In this document: piece by piece, positions 38,754-46,790 of the stretch
Layout: the number at the start of each line of letters is the position of its first letter
How positions within the stretch are numbered: position 1 is the first letter of the stretch
Source of the DNA: a phage
DNA: 64,000 nucleotides
Sequence record: NC_042307.1
Reading direction: 5' to 3' (one strand)
Made by a program: the position numbers and the translations under genes
The notes under the pieces: generated by a model
Seen by the model: only the letters and a program-made list of their open reading frames with translations
What the model was told of the DNA's origin: nothing
Database searches by the model: none

Positions 38754-39515
38754 TTACACCTTCCCCATGTCTTTAAAAATATCGTAGAATGCTTTAGACT
38801 CAGCAGAACGAACGTTATCAATCAATTCGATCATTGAGAATGGAGCATTTTCATATTTCTCATAAACTTCCATAAGAAGTGCTAGACCTGAGTCACCTTT
38901 AATGTCTTTCTGAGCTATATCTCCGCAGATAATTAAACGGCAGTCTTGTCCTACACGAGTTAGGAGACAAACCATTGCCTCAACGGAAATATTCTGAGCT
39001 TCATCGACAATTACATAGGAGTTGTTGAAAGTTCTGCCACGAGCATGTTCTATAGCCAAAAATTTAATTTTCTGACGTTCGACATATCCCTTATAGGCAT
39101 GATCACCGATGGCCCATTTCATACCATCAGCTATTGGCTCCAACCAAGGCTCTAGCTTTTCTGCTAGATCACCAGGAAGCATACCAAGAGACTTACCTAG
39201 AGGTTCATTAGGACGTACGAGGATCACTTGCTCAATATCTGAGTGAATGTCTACGAGTTCCTGAGCTGCAAGAACAGACGGGATAAAGGTTTTACCTGTA
39301 CCTGGCTCACCGATACCCACAGTCACTGTGTTGTTCTTGATCATATTAATATATGATTTTTGCTCTCGGTTTTTACCTACTAGGGATTTAGCAACTGGGT
39401 TAGCGTAATCATTAGAAAAATCAGCCTGAATTACGTTATTCTCATATTTGTTGCCACGCTTTCTTGAACCATTGCGGTTCTCTCTTTTTTGACGTGCTTT
39501 TCCCATAAATAACAC
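38754..39515 (-). CDS. phoH: PhoH-like ATPase
   Basis: Walker A 'GEPGTGKTF'. Confidence 0.7.
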   Translation of the reverse strand: MLFMGKARQKRENRNGSRKRGNKYENNVIQADFSNDYANPVAKSLVGKNREQKSYINMIKNNTVTVGIGEPGTGKTFIPSVLAAQELVDIHSDIEQVILVRPNEPLGKSLGMLPGDLAEKLEPWLEPIADGMKWAIGDHAYKGYVERQKIKFLAIEHARGRTFNNSYVIVDEAQNISVEAMVCLLTRVGQDCRLIICGDIAQKDIKGDSGLALLMEVYEKYENAPFSMIELIDNVRSAESKAFYDIFKDMGKV

Positions 39516-39748
39516 TCCTATAGTGTACTTCGCTTCTAACAGAGGATCAACAAAGAGATCTTGTTTATCAACTTACAAATATATTATAACAAGGTTTACA
39601 GCAAAAAGCAAGTATAATTTTAAATAAACCTATGATATTGCTTTTAAATAAAAAATTTACTTGCTTATAAAGGTAGAAATATGATACTAGATAATCATTT
39701 ATTTATATGCGAAATATTACAGTATTAGATGGCGAAAGAAAATTTTAA

Positions 39749-39777
39749 TTGACATAGTGGATAATGTTTAGTATAAT
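39749..39777 (+). promoter_or_regulatory. Sigma70-like promoter (-35 TTGACA, 17 bp, -10 TATAAT)
   Basis: Read directly upstream of first plus-strand gene. Confidence 0.55.
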
Positions 39778-39800
39778 AGGTGTAAAAATTCTGTGGAGAA

Positions 39801-40670
39801 GTGGAATGCCCGAAAAAATTAACTCAAGAAGAAGTAGATAAATGCCTAGCCGAGCGTGGTTTTACTATGGTGGATAAGCCATATCAAAATTCTAGGTATA
39901 GGCATACGTATCAGTGTGAATACGGTCACCAATGGACAGCTAAATTTGACGCTATTAGGAATGGAAAGACCAATTGTCCTACTTGCTCTATTAGTAGCCG
40001 TAAACTAGATATTGATAAAATTAATACTATATTACAGGACAGAGGTATTACATTGTTGAACGGCTATAAAAATAGTGCCGATATAAATACTAAATTTAGG
40101 TGTGTTTGTGGTCATGAGTGGGCTACTACACTTAATAGTATAATTAATAGAGGTAGTGGCTGCCCATCTTGTGCTGCTAATAAACAGAAACTTAGTGTTA
40201 ATACTATAAATGATCGTCTTGCTGCCAGAAATATCAGAATAGTGGGTGAGTATAGTAATGCGAATACTAAGACCGCCTTTCTTTGTGGTGCAGGGCATAG
40301 GTGGGAAGCTACTCCAGGGTCTGTATTAAGGGGGAACGGTTGTCCTTACTGTAGTTATAGAGATTTAGAAAGTACTAGGATATATGTTATGTATAGCCCC
40401 TCACATGGGGTTAAAATAGGTAGGTCTAACAATCCAGAGCGTAGACTTCTACATATTAGATCTAGTAGCCACCTTATTGATTTGGAAATAATTAAAGTAT
40501 TTGAAATTGGGGAATATAGTAGTGCAGTTCGAATAGAAAAATTAGCCCATAACTACTTTAAAGAGCAGAATTGCCAGTACAAAGATTTTGACGGCGCTAC
40601 GGAATTCTTCAATATTGAACCAAAAGTAGCTATAAAGTTTATCGAGGAAATAATCAATGACAGAGAATGA
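39801..40670 (+). CDS. T5orf172/GIY-YIG-like endonuclease with four zinc-ribbon repeats (GTG start)
   Basis: Repeated 'C.C.H.W....GCP.C'; 'RIYVMYSPSHGVKIGRS'. Confidence 0.55.
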   Translation: MECPKKLTQEEVDKCLAERGFTMVDKPYQNSRYRHTYQCEYGHQWTAKFDAIRNGKTNCPTCSISSRKLDIDKINTILQDRGITLLNGYKNSADINTKFRCVCGHEWATTLNSIINRGSGCPSCAANKQKLSVNTINDRLAARNIRIVGEYSNANTKTAFLCGAGHRWEATPGSVLRGNGCPYCSYRDLESTRIYVMYSPSHGVKIGRSNNPERRLLHIRSSSHLIDLEIIKVFEIGEYSSAVRIEKLAHNYFKEQNCQYKDFDGATEFFNIEPKVAIKFIEEIINDRE

Positions 40671-42483
40671 ATTAATTGAGAATTGCAAAGGTCTGCTCAC
40701 TCTAACTGCGGATAAGGACTTACAGCATAATAATGCTAATAAGCCTAGTGAGATGTTCCATACTCAAAGAGACTTATTGGCCGGAGAAATCAACAAATAT
40801 TTAGTATCGCAGGAATTACCCAAACATCTATTAGACGCCCATAATCTAGGTAAGATACACATTCATGATATGGATTACAGGGCGCAGGGGTACACTAACT
40901 GTTGCTTAGTAGACCTTGGTGGCATGCTGAAGAATGGTACTAAAATTGGTAATGCAAATATTGAAACTCCTAAATCCATAACTACTGCATGTGCAATCAC
41001 TGCTCAGATTATTGCCCAAGTATCTGGTGCTCAGTATGGTGGCACCTCTATTGATCGTATCGACGAGGTTCTAGCCCCGTATGTCAGAAAGTCTTACAAT
41101 AAACATCTGGGTCGTGGGCTACGTTGGCTCAAGGATGAAAGAAAAGCTGCTGTGTATGCTACTGAGCTTACTGAAAAAGAGTGTTATGATGCATTCCAAG
41201 CTCTAGAGTATGAAACTAATTCATTATTTAACTCTAATGGGCAGACCCCTTTTGTTACGCTTGGCTTTGGATTAGGTCAGGAGTGGGAGGAAAGGATGAT
41301 TCAGAAAGCCATCCTCCAAAATCGTATTAAAGGTTTAGGTGCTGCTGAGTCAACCCCTATCTTCCCTAAACTAGTATTCTCAGTTAAAGAAGGGTTAAAT
41401 AAAAATCCAGGCGATCCTAACTACGATATAAAACAGCTAGCACTTGAGTGTTCTGCTACCCGTATGTACCCAGACTATTTAAGCTATGAGAAAGTTGTAG
41501 CTGTTACTGGTGATTTTAAAGCCCCTATGGGTTGTCGTAGCTTTTTATCTGCTATCCCCTCCGGAGAAATTGCAGGGCGCAATAATTTAGGTGTAGTGTC
41601 TATTAATCTACCTATGGTTGCTGCTGAGGCAGATGGGGTTTTTGAAGATTTCTGGGATATTCTGGACAAATATGTGGATGAGGCTTTTGAAGCTCATGAT
41701 TTTTTCTTGGATAGACTTAAGAAAGTGAAGGCTAAACAAGCCCCTATTCTTTATATGCACGGTGGTTTTGGTGTGCGTTTAGATGGGGAAGAGTATGTAT
41801 GGCCTATTTTTGAGGGTAGATCTTCTGTATCTCTTGGATACATTGGGGTCTATGAGATGTGCCAAATAATGTTTAGTCTACCACAAACCCATAGGGATTG
41901 TATTGAATTTACAGAAGAAGTTCTTACTCACCTAAAAAATCGTTGCGAAGTTAAAGCTAATGAGACTAATCTTGGATTTAGCTTATACGCTACCCCTAGT
42001 GAGTCTCTATGTAATCGTTTTAATAAATTACTAGAACGTAGATTCCCAGAGTATTCTTGGTTAACAGACAAAGGCTATCTTACTAATAGTCACCATTTGG
42101 ACGTAAGAGAGAAGGTAGCCCCAGATACTAAATTTGAGTACGAAGCTCATTTTACCAAAATAGCTAATGGTGGTAATATATCGTTTGTGGAATTACCACA
42201 AATGAAAAAATTCCATAAAGCTCTTGAATACGTAGTAGATAAGGGACTAGAGTGTAGCCATTATATCGGTGTTAATATACCGATTGACGAGTGTTTCAAC
42301 TGTGGATATATGGGTGAATCTATTGCCTCTGAGCGTGGGTTTGTATGTCCAAGTTGTGGGTCTGAAGAAATAGAGGTTACACGTAGGGTTTGCGGGTACC
42401 TGGGATCCCCGGGCAGTAGGCCTTTCAATTCTGGGAAACAAAAAGAAGTGCTTGGTAGAGTAAAACACTTAAATCTTAAGTAA
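40657..42483 (+). CDS. nrdD: anaerobic ribonucleoside-triphosphate reductase NrdD
   Basis: Glycyl radical 'RRVCGYLG', zinc site 'CFNCG...CPSCG'. Confidence 0.8.
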   Translation: MTENELIENCKGLLTLTADKDLQHNNANKPSEMFHTQRDLLAGEINKYLVSQELPKHLLDAHNLGKIHIHDMDYRAQGYTNCCLVDLGGMLKNGTKIGNANIETPKSITTACAITAQIIAQVSGAQYGGTSIDRIDEVLAPYVRKSYNKHLGRGLRWLKDERKAAVYATELTEKECYDAFQALEYETNSLFNSNGQTPFVTLGFGLGQEWEERMIQKAILQNRIKGLGAAESTPIFPKLVFSVKEGLNKNPGDPNYDIKQLALECSATRMYPDYLSYEKVVAVTGDFKAPMGCRSFLSAIPSGEIAGRNNLGVVSINLPMVAAEADGVFEDFWDILDKYVDEAFEAHDFFLDRLKKVKAKQAPILYMHGGFGVRLDGEEYVWPIFEGRSSVSLGYIGVYEMCQIMFSLPQTHRDCIEFTEEVLTHLKNRCEVKANETNLGFSLYATPSESLCNRFNKLLERRFPEYSWLTDKGYLTNSHHLDVREKVAPDTKFEYEAHFTKIANGGNISFVELPQMKKFHKALEYVVDKGLECSHYIGVNIPIDECFNCGYMGESIASERGFVCPSCGSEEIEVTRRVCGYLGSPGSRPFNSGKQKEVLGRVKHLNLK

Positions 42484-42490
42484 GCTAATC

Positions 42491-42525
42491 AGCCAGGTTG
42501 CTAGTCGACCTGGCTTTTATTTTAT
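42491..42525 (+). terminator. Rho-independent terminator after nrdD
   Basis: Stem AGCCAGGT/ACCTGGCT + 'TTTATTTTAT'. Confidence 0.6.
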
Positions 42526-42554
42526 TTGCTTTCAGCTAAAAATTTATGTATAAT
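42526..42554 (+). promoter_or_regulatory. Sigma70-like promoter (-35 TTGCTT, -10 TATAAT)
   Basis: 17-bp spacer; 'ataaatttgagagg' leader. Confidence 0.5.
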
Positions 42555-42582
42555 AGATTTATAAATTTGAGAGGAAAAGACT

Positions 42583-42960
42583 ATGAAAGTAAAACCCTAT
42601 ATCATTGTTTCAACCTGTGGGAGCTACCAATTAGCGGTAGAAACCATAGAAGAAGCTATTTTTGCTGCTACTGGTGATTATTCTCATCTTGAGGGGGTTG
42701 GTTATCCTACCATTATTGGTAATTGGGTGGAAACTAATTTAGATGTTAATCCATATAATTCTGATTATGAAGATGAAGAAGAGGTACAGGATAACATTGA
42801 ATTTGTATATAAAAGAATCTTAAGTATCTATGAGCATCAGGGCAGCCCTATTGAGTATGTGGATATTACTGAAGTAGCTAAGAAGCGCCTTAAATACGTT
42901 TATGCCAATTTTTCAAATGAAGACCTGGAAACAGTTGCAGTGGAGTTTAATAATGACTAA
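42583..42960 (+). CDS. hypothetical acidic protein (125 aa)
   Basis: ORF with GAGAGG RBS. Confidence 0.5.
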   Translation: MKVKPYIIVSTCGSYQLAVETIEEAIFAATGDYSHLEGVGYPTIIGNWVETNLDVNPYNSDYEDEEEVQDNIEFVYKRILSIYEHQGSPIEYVDITEVAKKRLKYVYANFSNEDLETVAVEFNND

Positions 42961-43159
42961 GAATGTAAAACACCTTAAATATCGCTTAATTTACAACGGA
43001 CGTATGGAAACAGAAGACCTAGCTCAATTAGCTATTAATTCTAATGAGGTCACGGTACGTGCGTTAGCTATTGAAAAGTTGCGGGCTTCTTATGAAAGTC
43101 GTATTATGGAACTAGAGGAGAAACTTTATGGCATTCTCGAAGCCGATGCTACCCGATAA
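42953..43159 (+). CDS. hypothetical protein (68 aa)
   Basis: ATG 42953 overlapping upstream stop. Confidence 0.35.
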   Translation: MTKNVKHLKYRLIYNGRMETEDLAQLAINSNEVTVRALAIEKLRASYESRIMELEEKLYGILEADATR

Positions 43160-43349
43160 TGGCTTAAATGCTGCGCTGGAAAATGCATTGATGCAGCAGT
43201 GGGAGGCTGGATATAAGGATGGGGTTGAATCTTGTGCAAAAATAATGGATATTATGGCTAATTCTGTAGTTGGGAAAGCCCATCCAGAAGTATCTGATAT
43301 ACTCCATAACCTTAGTAAAAACTTCAGAGAGCAGGTGAAAAATGCGTAG
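43128..43349 (+). CDS. hypothetical protein (73 aa)
   Basis: ORF. Confidence 0.35.
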   Translation: MAFSKPMLPDNGLNAALENALMQQWEAGYKDGVESCAKIMDIMANSVVGKAHPEVSDILHNLSKNFREQVKNA

Positions 43350-44166
43350 ATTAATTATTATTAGTGGTGCAGGTTTGAGCGTTGAAAGTGGTGTACGAGC
43401 CTTCCGTACTGATACTGCTAGTGGTAAAGCATTGTGGGATGATTATGACTTAGAAGAGGTATGTAATATTCATGCCTTTCGTGGTAGCTTTTACCACAAA
43501 ACTCACGAGTTCTACAACAAACGTCGTGAAGAGTTAGAAACTGTTGAACCCAATCTTGCACACTTGCGTATTGGTGAGTGGTATAAACAATACCCAGGTC
43601 AAGTAGTAAACTTGACTACCAACGTTGATGACCTTATTGAGCGTGCTGGTGTTCCGCATAGTGACATTCTACATATTCATGGGTATTTAAAAGAGGTTGT
43701 TGTAGCTGACAGCTACAATAGCAGTAATAAACGAGTTATTGATGTTGGGTATAGCTCTATTGACCCGGATGATTATAAATGGGTTAAACCTAATGTAATC
43801 TTCTTTGGGGAGCATGCTCCAGCGTACGCAGAAATGTACAATATTTTTGATGGTATTACTAGTCAAGATATGATAGTTGTAGTTGGTTGCTCTAACCAAG
43901 TAATTAATTTCTACTGGGAATTATTTCCTATTCTTAACCGTACTGCTGCGAAACTTATGGTAGTTAACTACTATGATAGTGCCCTAGCGGCAGAACCAGG
44001 CTATCAAGGTATGACTCGTAGTGATATGTACCAACTGGAAGATCGTGGTATTCCTTACTGGAGTAAAGGTGCGGTAGATGCTTTCAGTGACCCTGGTTTT
44101 ATCGCTCGTGTAGAAGCTCATCTAGAGGGTAGACCTTATATGCCGGGGAAACAGACATGTCCATAG
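43342..44166 (+). CDS. Sir2-like NAD-dependent deacylase/ADP-ribosyltransferase family protein
   Basis: 'IIISGAGLSVESGVRAFR' NAD-binding motif. Confidence 0.6.
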   Translation: MRRLIIISGAGLSVESGVRAFRTDTASGKALWDDYDLEEVCNIHAFRGSFYHKTHEFYNKRREELETVEPNLAHLRIGEWYKQYPGQVVNLTTNVDDLIERAGVPHSDILHIHGYLKEVVVADSYNSSNKRVIDVGYSSIDPDDYKWVKPNVIFFGEHAPAYAEMYNIFDGITSQDMIVVVGCSNQVINFYWELFPILNRTAAKLMVVNYYDSALAAEPGYQGMTRSDMYQLEDRGIPYWSKGAVDAFSDPGFIARVEAHLEGRPYMPGKQTCP

Positions 44167-44339
44167 TTAAATCTGTGTATACACATCCTGATGATATATT
44201 TGTATGGGCGGATGGTAGTTGGTGTTATCGATGTGAGCTATGGGAAATGGACTATAAATCTGATGACTATGGTGTCATATATGTTGATACGGTTGAGTAT
44301 GATACGTTCTTAGCAAGGGACAAAAATGGAAATAAGTAA
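44157..44339 (+). CDS. hypothetical protein (60 aa)
   Basis: ORF overlapping neighbours. Confidence 0.35.
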   Translation: MSIVKSVYTHPDDIFVWADGSWCYRCELWEMDYKSDDYGVIYVDTVEYDTFLARDKNGNK

Positions 44340-44832
44340 TACTCCAATTATTTTTCTAGATATTGATGGGGTGCTCAACTCGAGCATCTCTCATCACCAT
44401 GCACCTAATGATGAAAAGATTTTCTTTGGAAGTGACTGGGTTTTTAAACCGCTTCTCAAGGCTTTTCAGGACTTTATTCGTCCTTCTCCAATAATGATTG
44501 TTGGGGTATCTTCATGGTTCTCTGTCAGGAATGAGATGGAGAACGTTCAGATTATGACCGGATTAGATCTTATCGATCGTTTTCTTGGTACAACGGATTT
44601 TACTGGTGGTGGGCTATCTAGGGGTAATTCTGTTCTTCGCTTCGTTGAAAAGTATAAGCTCAAACATTGGTGTGTGCTGGATGACGCTGGTGCTATGATG
44701 TATCAGTATCCAACGGTTATAGTCAATGGTAGAACTGGAATAAATCTTCAAGATTTAAGAGCTGTTAGCTATATGTTAGAATTTAGTCCAGATCTTGAAA
44801 TGTGTAAAGCCCTACAACAATTTAAGGTGTAA
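44326..44832 (+). CDS. HAD-superfamily phosphatase-like protein
   Basis: Motif I 'FLDIDGVLN'. Confidence 0.5.
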   Translation: MEISNTPIIFLDIDGVLNSSISHHHAPNDEKIFFGSDWVFKPLLKAFQDFIRPSPIMIVGVSSWFSVRNEMENVQIMTGLDLIDRFLGTTDFTGGGLSRGNSVLRFVEKYKLKHWCVLDDAGAMMYQYPTVIVNGRTGINLQDLRAVSYMLEFSPDLEMCKALQQFKV

Positions 44833-44834
44833 AT

Positions 44835-45263
44835 ATGTTTAATAATGTATTCTCTAAAGAAGCTAACCCAATATTGGTTAATTTTTGGCGTACTCTTCCA
44901 GACAACCTGTACAATGAGGCTATTAATGCCCTGAAAATATGGTGTGATAATAATGAAATCTCCTTTGCTTTTAGAGGTGAGGTTGAAGAATCTCCCTGTA
45001 TTGGTTTAATTGTGCAGGTAGAGGATGGTTTTGAAGAGATTGTCGGCTGGAAAGAGTTAGATGAAATGGGCTTGGTTTTTGCATTAAACTATAAGCTATT
45101 TATGCCCAATAAACACCGTATTGTTGTTAACTATAAAACCGGTGAATCTCCTGGTTTTCAAGTTAACGAACATTACGGTTGGTCTTACTCACCGGAAGAG
45201 GTAAATGATGGTATCCAGAAACTTCGTCGTTTTGGTTATCAAATTCCGGGTTTAACTGCCTAA
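44835..45263 (+). CDS. hypothetical protein, paralog A
   Basis: Shares 'SF.F...PC.G', 'GL..ALN..LF', 'PGL' with next ORF. Confidence 0.5.
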   Translation: MFNNVFSKEANPILVNFWRTLPDNLYNEAINALKIWCDNNEISFAFRGEVEESPCIGLIVQVEDGFEEIVGWKELDEMGLVFALNYKLFMPNKHRIVVNYKTGESPGFQVNEHYGWSYSPEEVNDGIQKLRRFGYQIPGLTA

Positions 45264-45272
45264 GGAGGCACA

Positions 45273-45665
45273 ATGGAACAAGTATACTGGCGTCAGATAG
45301 ACCCTAGTTTGGTGAAGCGTGCGGAGAAGCTGCTACAACGTTGGTTGGGGGTAAGACAAGCCTCCTTCACTTTTCCGGAGCAGCAAATAGACGATCCCTG
45401 TGTTGGTGTTTTTCTATCAGGCTACGCTGGGGAATGGGAATTGGATTGGAATGAATTGTCTGCTATAGGTCTAATTGTTGCCCTAAATTTCTCTTTGTTC
45501 CATCCACGTGGTTTGGCCATATGTCGTGTGCCTGAGGACGGTTGTTCGCCCCATCTTTTACAGGTGGAAGATGATATTTGGGAGTACACTCCAGATATTC
45601 TCAAAGAAGCCAAAGAACAATTAAACCGTGTTGGGATTTATGTTCCAGGCCTGAATGATGAATGA
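45273..45665 (+). CDS. hypothetical protein, paralog B
   Basis: Tandem paralog of 44835..45263. Confidence 0.5.
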   Translation: MEQVYWRQIDPSLVKRAEKLLQRWLGVRQASFTFPEQQIDDPCVGVFLSGYAGEWELDWNELSAIGLIVALNFSLFHPRGLAICRVPEDGCSPHLLQVEDDIWEYTPDILKEAKEQLNRVGIYVPGLNDE

Positions 45666-45804
45666 TTTTTATTAGCTGAACTTTGTAATCCGGGCTATTA
45701 GTGCTCGGATTATTACATAATCTTTTCAGTCGATTGATAGTCAAAATAAATTGTCGTTGACAATTTGGATGGATTATGTAATAATATATGTATTGGAGGT
45801 GAGG

Positions 45805-46257
45805 ATGTCATTCACACAGCAAGAACTTTTAGATAACTTCCGGTATGAAGAGGGTAAGTTATTTAGAACTACAGGAAGAAATGCAGGGAAAGAATGTTGT
45901 GTTTCTACGGGTAACGGATATTATCGTATATCTCTAGGGAATAGGACTATGCTTCGGCATAGAGCAATATTTTTAATGCATCATGGATACTTACCTGATT
46001 TAGTAGACCATGTGAATACTATAAAAGGTGATGATCGTATTGAAAATCTTAGAGAGCAGACAGTATCCGGTAATCTAAGAAATATCAAATATAAGAAAGG
46101 AATGCATGTTTACCCTTCTGGTAGTAAGAACTGGCAAGTGGTATTTACTATTAACCGTAAACGTATAGTTAAAGGAACATATGACAACTATGAGGTTGCA
46201 TGTTCTATGGCCAAGATGTTTAGAGGTCAATTATACGGTAGGGAATCAATCCAGTAA
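45805..46257 (+). CDS. HNH homing endonuclease
   Basis: 'HRAIFLMHHGYLPDLVDHVNTIKGDDRIENLR'; ATG 45805 with GGAGGTGAGG RBS. Confidence 0.6.
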   Translation: MSFTQQELLDNFRYEEGKLFRTTGRNAGKECCVSTGNGYYRISLGNRTMLRHRAIFLMHHGYLPDLVDHVNTIKGDDRIENLREQTVSGNLRNIKYKKGMHVYPSGSKNWQVVFTINRKRIVKGTYDNYEVACSMAKMFRGQLYGRESIQ

Positions 46258-46790
46258 AATTTCATTTGCAAGGGAGTATTATTTTATAGTATAATATTCC
46301 CATAAATGAGAGACATTAGTAAAAATTGATTTTGCTAATTTTTCTTGTTTACAATCCGCGATACGGAACAGTTAGGCTGCCCCATTAAGGGTTGTTTTAA
46401 CTATTACTAGTGTTTATATTGCATTAGTTAATCTTCAATTAAGTGATCTGTGTACCCTGAATTCGGAAAGGTAAATCCAAACCGTGCATATTTAGCTCGT
46501 TATATAGGCAGAGTTTTATATGGGGGTGCGAACGAAAAGAGCAGCGAATGGCGGCACGTACAGTAGTCACCTACCAATAGGATAGTGAGGACAAATAGAA
46601 TCGGCTTAGCGGCCAATGACCTAGGTTCTATTCTGTATATGAGCGAAGAGAGCACAGCACTGAGATATGATAACTTATTCATATTGTTTGATGATAATTG
46701 ATGTTTACGTAAATAGTAGTAATAGTTGTTCTATTCTTTCTGAATAGTCCTAAAGAAAAGATTTCGATTAACCAACACAGGAGTATTGTT

